In this document: positions 1 through 8,191 of the stretch, piece after piece | How the letters are laid out: each line of letters opens with the position of its first letter | Position numbering within the stretch: position 1 is the stretch's first letter | Assembly: GCA_964514495.1 (NCBI GenBank) | Contig: CAZERL010000001.1 | Location: 1 to 44,191, forward strand | Direction: 5' to 3' | DNA: 44,191 nucleotides | DNA from: an uncultured archaeon | GTDB lineage: Archaea > Aenigmatarchaeota > Aenigmatarchaeia > CG10238-14 > SCSR01 | The notes under the pieces: model-generated | What the model was told of the DNA's origin: nothing | The model's input: only the letters and a program-made list of their open reading frames with translations | Databases searched by the model: none | Position numbers and translations under genes: made by a program

Positions 1-70
1 GGTGTAGCTCAATTGGCAGAGCACTTGCCTTGTACGCAAGCGGTTGCTTGTTCAACTCAAGCCGCCGGCT
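1..70 (+). tRNA. tRNA-Thr (anticodon UGU); about 3 nt of the 5' acceptor stem are cut off by the window edge
   Basis: Cloverleaf read by eye. D arm GCTC/AATTGGCA/GAGC (7-22). Anticodon arm CTTGC/CTTGTAC/GCAAG (24-40) with TGT at 31-33. T arm GCTTG/TTCAACT/CAAGC (46-62). 3' acceptor CGCCGGC (63-69) pairs with the partial 5' GGTG. Discriminator T70; no encoded CCA. Confidence 0.85.
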
Positions 71-84
71 CTTTAGGTGGTTAA

Positions 85-792
85 ATGATAATAGCAGGAC
101 ATCAATCACATTATTTGCCAGGCATGAGGTTCTTTGCCAAAGTTATGTCGTGCGATAAGTTCATCATTGTCGATCATGTGCAGTTTGTGAAGAAGGAATG
201 GCAAAACAGAAATAAGATCAAGACCAAAGACGGACCTATGTGGCTGACTGTGCCGGTTTTGGTCAAAGGCAAATATAATCAAAGTATCAATGAGGTTGAA
301 ATTGACAATAAGCCAAATTGGCAAAAGACACACTGGCGTTCTATTGAAATCAATTATAACAAAGCTCCGTACTTTGATAGTTACAAGAATTTCTTTGAAT
401 CTATTTACAAGAAGAAATGGAACAAATTGGTGGACTTGAACTGGGAAATAATTAATTTCTTGTTAAAAGAACTTAAGATAAGCAAGGAAATAATTTTAAG
501 TTCATCTTTGAATCTTGCCAGCAAAAGTACAGATTTGCTAGTAGAATTATGTAAAAAACTAAATGCAGATACTTATTTGTCTGGAGAACAGGCAAAAACA
601 TACATTGATTTGTCGAAATTTAAAAACAAAAATTTAAATCATATTTTTATGAAATTCAATTACCCTATTTACCAGCAACAATTTGATGAGTTTATTCCAA
701 ATCTATCAATAATTGATGCATTGTTCAATTGCGGGAGTGAGGAAACCATAAGATTGTTAGAAGTGAATAGAGAATTTGAAAACCCATTATAA
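85..792 (+). CDS. WbqC-like family protein (function unknown, associated with polysaccharide loci)
   Basis: 235-aa ORF. HQSHYLPGMRFF..FIIVDHVQFVKKEWQNRNKIKT..GPMWLTVPV and NYNKAPYF match my recollection of the WbqC-like signature. AGGTGG Shine-Dalgarno at 75-80, 4 nt before the ATG. Confidence 0.8.
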   Translation: MIIAGHQSHYLPGMRFFAKVMSCDKFIIVDHVQFVKKEWQNRNKIKTKDGPMWLTVPVLVKGKYNQSINEVEIDNKPNWQKTHWRSIEINYNKAPYFDSYKNFFESIYKKKWNKLVDLNWEIINFLLKELKISKEIILSSSLNLASKSTDLLVELCKKLNADTYLSGEQAKTYIDLSKFKNKNLNHIFMKFNYPIYQQQFDEFIPNLSIIDALFNCGSEETIRLLEVNREFENPL

Positions 793-1734
793 CTTTAGCA
801 ATTCAGGATGTTCCTTCCACCATTCAACCGTCAGCCTTAACCCTTCCTTTAATGAAGTCTCAGGCTTCCACCCCAACTCTTTCATTACTTTAGAGCAATC
901 CCCATAAGACCTTGATATATCTTGCGTTCTCATAGATTCCCAAACAGGCTTTACATCAGAACCACACGCTTCTATTATTTCATTGCAAAAGTCGCCGATT
1001 CTTGTTTCAACACCGGAGCACAGATGATATACCTCACCCTTCTTACCCTTTTCCACAATTGTCATATACCCCTTGACTATATCCATCACATATGAATAGT
1101 CTCTAGTTGGATTAGGATTACCAAGTTTAGGTGCTTGCCCTTTCAAAACCTGCGATATTACCTTTGGTACAAAGAAATCACCACGCTGACCAGGGCCGTA
1201 TTTGTTGAATGCGCGTGAAATCACCACATCAAATCCCTGATCTATCAAAGGTTTCAAAATGACTTCTGCCGCAAATTTAGACGAAGAATAAATATCAACT
1301 GGATTTGGTGCAGCATCTTCTTTCAGAGGCAATTTATCCTCCGGTTGGTTGCCGTACACATGGCACGTAGATATATGCAGCATTCTTTCTGCATTACTTT
1401 TCATCGCAGCCCATGCAACATTAAAAGCACCTATTGTATTCACCTGTATCGTATTAGCTGGTACATCTCTAGCCCCAACAACAGGAACTACAGCCGCAGA
1501 ATGAAACACATAATCAACACCCTCCATAGCGTTAATCAAACTTGTCATGTCGGTTACATCACCATTCAAAATACTCACATCATTTTTGATTTCATTTAAA
1601 TTGAAAACCAACCCGCCTCTTTTAACAAAAGCTTTGACGTTCGCATTCTCTTCCAACAATGCTTTGCATAAGTTCGAGCCTGTAAACCCATTAGCGCCAG
1701 TAACTAATACAATCTTACCTTCCCAAAATCCCAT
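787..1734 (-). CDS. NAD-dependent sugar epimerase/reductase (extended SDR)
   Basis: 315 aa. Rossmann motif VTGANGFTGSNL. Catalytic region ISTCHVYG ... YSSSK (YxxxK). Confidence 0.85.
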   Translation of the reverse strand: MGFWEGKIVLVTGANGFTGSNLCKALLEENANVKAFVKRGGLVFNLNEIKNDVSILNGDVTDMTSLINAMEGVDYVFHSAAVVPVVGARDVPANTIQVNTIGAFNVAWAAMKSNAERMLHISTCHVYGNQPEDKLPLKEDAAPNPVDIYSSSKFAAEVILKPLIDQGFDVVISRAFNKYGPGQRGDFFVPKVISQVLKGQAPKLGNPNPTRDYSYVMDIVKGYMTIVEKGKKGEVYHLCSGVETRIGDFCNEIIEACGSDVKPVWESMRTQDISRSYGDCSKVMKELGWKPETSLKEGLRLTVEWWKEHPELLKL

Positions 1735-1742
1735 AACATCAC

Positions 1743-2726
1743 TTAAATTGTCTTAATATTATGGTTTATAAGTTCTACTAATGTGTCCTTGAAGTCTATT
1801 TCCGGCTTCCAATCTAACTCCCTTTTAGCTTTAGAATTATCCCCAATCAAAATCGGCATGTCCTTTTTTCTAAGCCTTTTTTTATCAATTTCTACTGGCA
1901 CATTATCCAAATTAAATTCTTTTATCAATTGTTGTATAAGATCCCGAATCTTGTATCCTTTGCCGCTGCATAAATTATATACATCACACTTCTTACACTT
2001 TTCCGCAGCCAAGATATAACCATTTACGATATCCCTAACATCACTGAAATCTCTAACTACATCAATGTTTCCAAAAAATAAAGTTTTAGCCCGCCCTTTT
2101 ACCACATTCGATATCTGCCTTACAATTTCCATCCCAACAACATCTTTATTGCACCTAGGTCCTTCATGGTGGAATGCTCTTGTTATTGCAATTGACATGC
2201 CATAAGCATTGGAATAGAATCTGCATAAACTATCTGCAGAAGCCTTTGATATACCATACATTTCAAAGGGCCTGATTTCCTGCGTTTCTTTGATTGGAAT
2301 CTCTTCAGGCTTCACATCACCATATACGTTAGATGAACTCGCAAAATGTATTTTCGAAATACCGCCCTCATATCTTCTAATCGCGTCCATTAAGTTCATA
2401 GTTCCTGTAAAGTTCAAAGAAAATGTTTTAAAAGGTTCGTCGTAGCTTATTTTAGCGAGGGCTTGTGCGGCCAAATGGAAGACAATATCAGGTTCACATT
2501 TCTTCACCGCAGACGATAAAGAATCTATTTTAAGTATATCCCCATTTAACAGAGTCATTTTATCTTTTAAGTGTTCCATATTTTCTAAAGACGAATTTTC
2601 CCTTTTCAGTCCAAACAGTTCAATTTTACTTCTTTCTAATAATTTTTCAGCCAGCCAAGAACCAGCAAATCCAGTAACCCCTGTTATGAGGATTCTCTTA
2701 TCATCCCAGAAATTAGATGACATCAA
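1743..2726 (-). CDS. Gmd/Rmd-clade extended SDR (NDP-4-keto-6-deoxyhexose reductase-like)
   Basis: 327 aa. ITGVTGFAGSWL, SSSNVYG, YGISK. FHHEGPR resembles the FNHESPRR block of the GDP-mannose dehydratase/reductase clade. Lies 8 nt upstream of the previous SDR on the same strand. Confidence 0.8.
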   Translation of the reverse strand: MMSSNFWDDKRILITGVTGFAGSWLAEKLLERSKIELFGLKRENSSLENMEHLKDKMTLLNGDILKIDSLSSAVKKCEPDIVFHLAAQALAKISYDEPFKTFSLNFTGTMNLMDAIRRYEGGISKIHFASSSNVYGDVKPEEIPIKETQEIRPFEMYGISKASADSLCRFYSNAYGMSIAITRAFHHEGPRCNKDVVGMEIVRQISNVVKGRAKTLFFGNIDVVRDFSDVRDIVNGYILAAEKCKKCDVYNLCSGKGYKIRDLIQQLIKEFNLDNVPVEIDKKRLRKKDMPILIGDNSKAKRELDWKPEIDFKDTLVELINHNIKTI

Positions 2727-2776
2727 TAGAATAGTGTTCTATAAATGTTTAAGTCCGTATCGGTCATTATAACCTT

Positions 2777-4051
2777 ATGCTAAAGGACGAAGCCATAAAA
2801 AACATAAGTCAAATAGTTATGGAGTATTTCAAAACTCAAAAATTCGAATTCGTACCAGGCAAAACTAAAATTCCTTTGCAATGGCCCAGCTACGGATACG
2901 AGGAGGTTAATGAAGCCATAGAATCCCTTTTGTCAACCTGGGTGACAATGGGCAAAAAAGTAAACGCTTTTGAAAATCTTTTCTCCAGCTATTTAGGCGC
3001 AAAATATTCTGCGATGGTGAATTCCGGCTCTTCCGCGAATCTGGCAGTATTAACAGCCTTGACAAACCCTGTATTGAGAGATAGAATAAACAAAGGTGAT
3101 GAAATAATCACTCCTGCTGTGACATGGGCTACTACAGTATATCCTATAGTCAATGTCGGGACCAAGCCTGTTTTTGTCGACGTTGGTCTTGATTATAACA
3201 TAGATGTGGATAAAATCGAATCGGCAATTACCGATAAAACTGCGGCAATAATGCCAGTGCATCTGCTTGGAAATCCCTCGGATATAAAAAGAATTATGGA
3301 GATTGCAGATGGTCATGACCTATTTGTTATAGAAGACAATTGCGAATCTTACGGGGCTGAGGTAAACGGCAAGAAAACAGGAACCTTCGGAGACGTAGGA
3401 ACCTCCAGTTTTTTCATCTCGCATCAGATAACGACAATAGAGGGAGGCATGATAAATACCGATGACGAAACACTTTTCGAGTTGGTAAAACAAATACGAG
3501 TTTTCGGATGGATAAGGGATTTAAAAGACAGAGAAGCTATAGCAAAGAAGTACAGCCACATAGACCCTAGATTCCTATTCATAAATATGGGATTCAATTT
3601 AAGGCCTACTGAAATACAAGGCGCATTTGGAATGCACCAACTGAAAAAGCTTGACTATTTCATAAAATTAAGGAAGGACAATGCAGACCTTTGGAACAAA
3701 AGGTTAGAAGAATTTTCAGATTATTTGATATTGCCGAAAGAGCGTCCAGGCACAAGGCATGTTTGGTTTTGCTACCCTTTGACCGTTAAACCTGATGCGC
3801 CATTTACAAGAAAAGAGCTGACAGATTTTCTGGAATCCAGGAAAATAGAAACAAGGCCAGTGCAGACTGGGAATATGGTGGAGCAACCGGTATCAGAATT
3901 TTTGGGTTATCGTGCATCAGGAGAATTAACAAATTCTAAACTTATAATGTATAATTCGTTTTTCTTTGGAAATCATCAGAATATTGGAAAACCCGAAAGG
4001 GAATATGTTGCTGATTGTATAGAAGAGTTCATAAAATCGAAGGTTATATAA
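2777..4051 (+). CDS. RfbH/ColD-like PMP-dependent NDP-4-keto-6-deoxyhexose 3-dehydratase (DegT/DnrJ/EryC1 fold)
   Basis: 424 aa. VNSGSSANLAVLTAL, GDEIITPAVTWATTVYP and FGDVGTSSFFISHQITTIEGGMI. His occupies the position of the Schiff-base Lys found in DegT aminotransferases (SFHPVKNITTGEGG). RfbH (SFYPAHHITMGEGG) and ColD have the same substitution. Confidence 0.75.
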   Translation: MLKDEAIKNISQIVMEYFKTQKFEFVPGKTKIPLQWPSYGYEEVNEAIESLLSTWVTMGKKVNAFENLFSSYLGAKYSAMVNSGSSANLAVLTALTNPVLRDRINKGDEIITPAVTWATTVYPIVNVGTKPVFVDVGLDYNIDVDKIESAITDKTAAIMPVHLLGNPSDIKRIMEIADGHDLFVIEDNCESYGAEVNGKKTGTFGDVGTSSFFISHQITTIEGGMINTDDETLFELVKQIRVFGWIRDLKDREAIAKKYSHIDPRFLFINMGFNLRPTEIQGAFGMHQLKKLDYFIKLRKDNADLWNKRLEEFSDYLILPKERPGTRHVWFCYPLTVKPDAPFTRKELTDFLESRKIETRPVQTGNMVEQPVSEFLGYRASGELTNSKLIMYNSFFFGNHQNIGKPEREYVADCIEEFIKSKVI

Positions 4052-4968
4052 TGAATTTTGACGGCAAGACCGCTATTGTAACCGGTGGTGCTGGATTTTT
4101 GGGTTCACACATCGTCGATAAATTACTAGACCTGGGCGTTAATGTCACTGTTGTTGATTTAGCAGCAAATGCAAAACGATTGTCGCATGTTGTTAACAAA
4201 ATCGAATTCGTAAATCTTGATATATCCAATGAAAAAAACTTAAAGAGCTTGAAGCCATCAGATTTTATTTTCCATCTTGCCGCTTACGCAGTCCCAAACC
4301 TATGCGAAAAAAATCCCGACATGGCCTTTAAGGCTAATGTGCTTGGCACATATAACATGCTTAAGTTTGCCTTGGAAACTTCAGCTAAGAAAATAATTTT
4401 CCCCTCATCGGCACTGTTATATGGAAAGCACCCAAAATATCTTCCAATAGACGAAAAACACCCTATAGAAATTGGTTCTGTATACAATTCAACAAAGAAA
4501 TTCGGCGAAGACATGTGCAACTATTTTCTCGAGAATCATAATTTACCTGTTGTCTATTTCAGATTGTTCAATTCATTCGGTCCTAGGCAGGATATCGATT
4601 ATTTCATACCAACAGTGATTGTGCAGGCATTGAAACAAAAAGAAATTGGAATTTGGAATGCAGAACCAACAAGAGATTTTACATTCGTGGCCGATACAGT
4701 CGATGCATTTATTAAAGCAGCAGAATCGAATTTTGTCGGGGGACCTATAAACATTGGTTCTGGCCGTGAGATAAAAGTTGGTGAAATAGCAAAGGTGATT
4801 GCTGAAAAACTTGATGCTAAGTTGGTAATGCTAAATAAAACTGTTTCAGGTTCAATGCGGCTTTCTTGCAATAATTTTTTAGGGAAAAAGACTATAGGAT
4901 GGGAACCGCACATAAAATTTGAAGACGGGCTTAACGAGACTATAGACTCGTTCATTAAGAATAAATAA
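4051..4968 (+). CDS. GalE-like NAD-dependent epimerase (extended SDR)
   Basis: MNFDGKTAIVTGGAGFLGSHIV, SSALLYG, YNSTK. I prefer the ATG at 4051, which shares its A with the upstream TAA (TAATG), over the ORF-track start at 4015. Confidence 0.85.
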   Translation: MNFDGKTAIVTGGAGFLGSHIVDKLLDLGVNVTVVDLAANAKRLSHVVNKIEFVNLDISNEKNLKSLKPSDFIFHLAAYAVPNLCEKNPDMAFKANVLGTYNMLKFALETSAKKIIFPSSALLYGKHPKYLPIDEKHPIEIGSVYNSTKKFGEDMCNYFLENHNLPVVYFRLFNSFGPRQDIDYFIPTVIVQALKQKEIGIWNAEPTRDFTFVADTVDAFIKAAESNFVGGPINIGSGREIKVGEIAKVIAEKLDAKLVMLNKTVSGSMRLSCNNFLGKKTIGWEPHIKFEDGLNETIDSFIKNK

Positions 4969-5013
4969 ACCATATCTATGAAACTATATTCCAGCGAATA
5001 CTTTTAAACCATA

Positions 5014-5733
5014 ATGTCAAATAATGGAAATATGATTTCAGTCGTTTTACCAACATACAATGAAAGAGAAAATATCGTCAATCTTATTACTCACATAGAG
5101 TCTGTTCTCAAAAGAAAAGGGCTGAAAGCTGAGATAGTGGTTGTTGACGATAATTCCCCAGATGGAACAGCAAGGATTGTAAGAAAGCTAAATAAAAAAT
5201 ATAGAAACATAAGAGTCTTTGTCCGCCCCAAAAAACTTGGTATAGGATCCGCACACCTTTTTGGCTATCAGAAAGCAAAAGGGTATATAGTAATTGCGAT
5301 GGATACAGACCTTTCACATGACCCAGAACAGATTGTCAACATGATTGAGAAAATTAATGAAGGCTATGACATCGTTGCCGGCTCAAGGCATATGAAAGGC
5401 TCATACTATGAGAGGAAAACGCCCGAAACAAGGAGAAAATATATTGCAAGCAAATACGGTAATATGCTGACAGCCTTCATATCTGGAGTCCCTATACACG
5501 ACTTTACTAACGGGTTCAGGGCAATAAGGAAAGATGTTGTGAAAAATGTCAAGACAGAATCTACAGGAAATTCGTTTCTCATGGAGTTCATAGTAAAGGC
5601 ACAAAACAAGGGCTACAGGGTTACTGAAATACCAGTGACTTTCAAGGACAGGAAGTTCGGCCAATCAAAGCTTCAGTTGGAAAAGGAATCTCTAAAATAT
5701 ATACTGGACCTGCTGAAGTATTCAAGAACCTAG
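5014..5733 (+). CDS. Dolichyl/polyprenyl-phosphate hexose synthase (GT2, Dpm1-like)
   Basis: 239 aa. ISVVLPTYNERENI..EIVVVDDNSPDGTA..MDTDLSHDP..AGSRH..DFTNGFRA is the classic Dpm1/polyprenol-monophosphomannose synthase layout. Confidence 0.85.
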   Translation: MSNNGNMISVVLPTYNERENIVNLITHIESVLKRKGLKAEIVVVDDNSPDGTARIVRKLNKKYRNIRVFVRPKKLGIGSAHLFGYQKAKGYIVIAMDTDLSHDPEQIVNMIEKINEGYDIVAGSRHMKGSYYERKTPETRRKYIASKYGNMLTAFISGVPIHDFTNGFRAIRKDVVKNVKTESTGNSFLMEFIVKAQNKGYRVTEIPVTFKDRKFGQSKLQLEKESLKYILDLLKYSRT

Positions 5734-5734
5734 G

Positions 5735-5740
5735 TTTTTT
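5735..5740 (+). terminator. Oligo-T tract immediately after the Dpm1-like stop codon (candidate archaeal terminator)
   Basis: TAG at 5731-5733 is followed by G and TTTTTT. This is one of the few co-directional junctions in the island with real spacer DNA after it. Confidence 0.3.
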
Positions 5741-5803
5741 AATGCACGCAGACTAAGGAGGAAGTGGAATACCCATGACAAATTTACAATAGTTTTAATA
5801 ACA

Positions 5804-6082
5804 ATGTACCTTTTCGTATTTAGCTTTATGGTATGGTATTTTAATATCATGCGCGTCGAAAAGGATACTTACGACTATATGTTTGGAAATGAATTAACTG
5901 AATTTTGTAAAACAAAAGGATTGAATTATTATTATGGTAGTGTTAGTATAAAAAATACCACACAATACGTAAGTCGCTGTGAAGAGGAAAAAATTAAATA
6001 TTTGCTTTTGGATGGGGAGAGGATCTGCATAGTCCCTTCAGAGACAGAAAGAATAATATGTAAAAGATTTCAAGTTAATTAG
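5804..6082 (+). CDS. Hypothetical small protein (92 aa, hydrophobic N-terminus, 4 Cys)
   Basis: The ORF is the only evidence; I recognise no family. It is very AT-rich. An alternative start is MRVEK. Confidence 0.3.
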   Translation: MYLFVFSFMVWYFNIMRVEKDTYDYMFGNELTEFCKTKGLNYYYGSVSIKNTTQYVSRCEEEKIKYLLLDGERICIVPSETERIICKRFQVN

Positions 6083-6094
6083 TTAAGTGATTCT

Positions 6095-6283
6095 ATGGGT
6101 CTGTTCCGATCTTTGCGTGCAATCTACAGCAAGCTGATGATAATGAAAGAGATGATTGTCTTTCTGTGGAAGTCGAAAAACTGGTGGCTTATACCTTTTG
6201 TAATTTTGCTTTTTGCATTCGGAATTTTATTTATAGTTGGCCAGTCTACACCATTGGGACCACTAATATACGCGTTGTTTTGA
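6095..6283 (+). CDS. DUF5989 / SxtK-like small single-pass membrane protein
   Basis: 62 aa. ..FLWKSKNWW-LIPFVILLFAFGILFIVG-QSTPLGPLIYALF shows a basic patch, WW, one TM helix and a GPxIYxLF C-terminus, as I recall for this family. An internal start at MIMKEM is possible. Confidence 0.7.
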   Translation: MGLFRSLRAIYSKLMIMKEMIVFLWKSKNWWLIPFVILLFAFGILFIVGQSTPLGPLIYALF

Positions 6284-6284
6284 T

Positions 6285-7133
6285 ATGGACATAACAGAAA
6301 AAGTCAAGGACTTTTACAACAGAACACCCTTTCCGGATTTTGAGTTAAGCAGGTTCAATTCTAAAGGCGATTTGATAAATAGTGCATTCCCATTTGCGAA
6401 ATATTTAAACGAAAAGATACCGAAGGATGCTAGTGTGATTGACATAGGTTGCGGAACAGGACAACTAGTTTCCCTGCTTTCATTGGAAAGAAATAATGTT
6501 GTCGGAGTAGACATGTCAGACTCCTCATTGGCCAAGGCTAAAAAGCTGAAAGAGAGGTTTGACCTAAAGACGTTGAGGCTGTTTCAAGCCGACATATTTA
6601 ACATTGGCATAGACGAGCAGTTTGACTATGTGCTCTGTCTTGGAGTACTGCATCACACCAAGGATGCAAAAGAAGCTTTTAGGCAGATTCTGAAATTGGC
6701 CAAGCCAAACGGGTACGTTGTAATAGGTCTATACAACAAGTTCGGAAGGATTTCCCTCTATCTCAGGAAATTCTTGTTGCATACAATTTTTAGGGACAAT
6801 GAAACAGTGAAGAGGCTGTTTCTTAAAAAGCAGATAATGTCTTTTAATGACAAGGAAAGGTTCCGAGGATGGTACAACGACCAGTTCGAGCATGTGCACG
6901 AGTCGGGGCATACGGTATCAGAAGTTCTGGGATGGTTCAAGGAAAATAACATCGAATATATCAATTCAATACCTACACTGAGATTGGCTTACGACTTTGA
7001 TATTACTAGCCAAAATTTGTTCGACAAAGAGGAGATAAACCTCAACTCAAAGCACATCATAAACCAGTTGCGGTGGATTTTCAGCACTGCGAATGACGGA
7101 GGTTATTTCATAACTGTAGGTAGGAAGATATGA
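6285..7133 (+). CDS. Class I SAM-dependent methyltransferase
   Basis: 282 aa. SAM motif I VIDIGCGTGQL; FDYVLCLGVLHH; PNGYVVIGLYN. Starts 1 nt after the upstream stop. Confidence 0.85.
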   Translation: MDITEKVKDFYNRTPFPDFELSRFNSKGDLINSAFPFAKYLNEKIPKDASVIDIGCGTGQLVSLLSLERNNVVGVDMSDSSLAKAKKLKERFDLKTLRLFQADIFNIGIDEQFDYVLCLGVLHHTKDAKEAFRQILKLAKPNGYVVIGLYNKFGRISLYLRKFLLHTIFRDNETVKRLFLKKQIMSFNDKERFRGWYNDQFEHVHESGHTVSEVLGWFKENNIEYINSIPTLRLAYDFDITSQNLFDKEEINLNSKHIINQLRWIFSTANDGGYFITVGRKI

Positions 7134-8191
7134 TACTTGGCGAAAATGAAAAGTTGTCCAGTGAGCACAAAAGATCTAGGGCAGCTGATGGACAACCTAG
7201 CATGGCGAAAAGAATTGTTGTAATCTTGCTGATGTTACTTACATTTGAGATTACATTTAGAGTTCTGAATGTAGAGAATTTTCGTGACGAGGCTTTGATT
7301 GAAGATGATTATTTGGGTCATGTGGTCAAGCCGAATCTGGATATCATCATCCAAAATGCAGATGAAATGGAAGTGCATGTGAAAACCATAGGTTACAATG
7401 GGATAGGGCTGAGGGACGATAAGTTGGAAAATCCGTATATTATAGCAATAGGTGACTCACACACCTTCGGGTTGGCCGTCAACGAAAGCGACCTTTGGGT
7501 GAACATTCTCGAAAAGAAACTAAATAAGGAAGTTCTAAACATGGGGATTGGAAGCTACGGGCTTATACAGGAGGAAAGGATGGTGAAAAAATATGCGTTG
7601 CAGACAGAACCAAAAATAATATTGTGGCAGTTCTCGCCAAACGATTACCTAGAAAGCTACAGATTCGAGAACAGAAACCTTAATTTTACCTGGCATAATT
7701 TGAAGCAGTTCGCAATAAACAACATCGCTATAGCGAAATTTGTGTGGAGCAAGCTGGGAGCCATAAAGCATGATGCGGCTGTTGTAGAATACAATGAGCA
7801 CAATTTGAGTTTCGTGTTTGAGCCTTACTCCTTTTTAAATCAGGCTGATGTCAACGAAGAAATAAGGGTTGGAGAGAATTTGGGGAAGCAGGCGGTAACA
7901 AGGGCAAAAAAACTCGCTGACGCTAATGATGTAAAACTTATAATGATTTTGATTCCCAGTAAGGAGGAGATATATTTTGACCTTACAAACAATTATCAGA
8001 TGGACTCAATGAGAAATTTTTGCGTGGAATTGGAATTTGATTGTGTCGATATGACTGAAGAATTTTCTAAGCAGGCAAAGATGTATAGGCAGCTATATTT
8101 CAGAAAGGACGCACACCTGAACTCTTTGGGTAATAAATTGGTTGCGGATGAAATTTACAATTACTTGATAGAAAATTATTTTATCAATTAG
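7130..8191 (+). CDS. Membrane-anchored SGNH/GDSL-fold protein (putative glycan O-acetyl esterase or transferase)
   Basis: 353 aa. N-terminal TM helix RIVVILLMLLTFEITF. Block I IIAIGDSHTFG. C-terminal DAHLNSLGNKLVA (DxxH). ATGA overlap with the methyltransferase. Confidence 0.7.
   Translation: MILGENEKLSSEHKRSRAADGQPSMAKRIVVILLMLLTFEITFRVLNVENFRDEALIEDDYLGHVVKPNLDIIIQNADEMEVHVKTIGYNGIGLRDDKLENPYIIAIGDSHTFGLAVNESDLWVNILEKKLNKEVLNMGIGSYGLIQEERMVKKYALQTEPKIILWQFSPNDYLESYRFENRNLNFTWHNLKQFAINNIAIAKFVWSKLGAIKHDAAVVEYNEHNLSFVFEPYSFLNQADVNEEIRVGENLGKQAVTRAKKLADANDVKLIMILIPSKEEIYFDLTNNYQMDSMRNFCVELEFDCVDMTEEFSKQAKMYRQLYFRKDAHLNSLGNKLVADEIYNYLIENYFIN

Noticed and set aside
2777-4051. Calling the RfbH-like protein a full E1-type [2Fe-2S] dehydrase working with an E3 reductase.
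   Set aside because: The protein has only three Cys, and no ferredoxin-NADP-reductase-like or Fe-S flavoprotein gene occurs in the window. I therefore describe it only as RfbH/ColD-like.
5755-5792. A strong SD-like AAGGAGG (5755-5761) followed by GTG and ATG mini-ORFs of 4-5 codons, in the spacer after the Dpm1-like gene.
   Set aside because: The spacing to either start is wrong (2 nt and 13 nt), and the ORFs terminate almost immediately. It is probably a fortuitous purine run.
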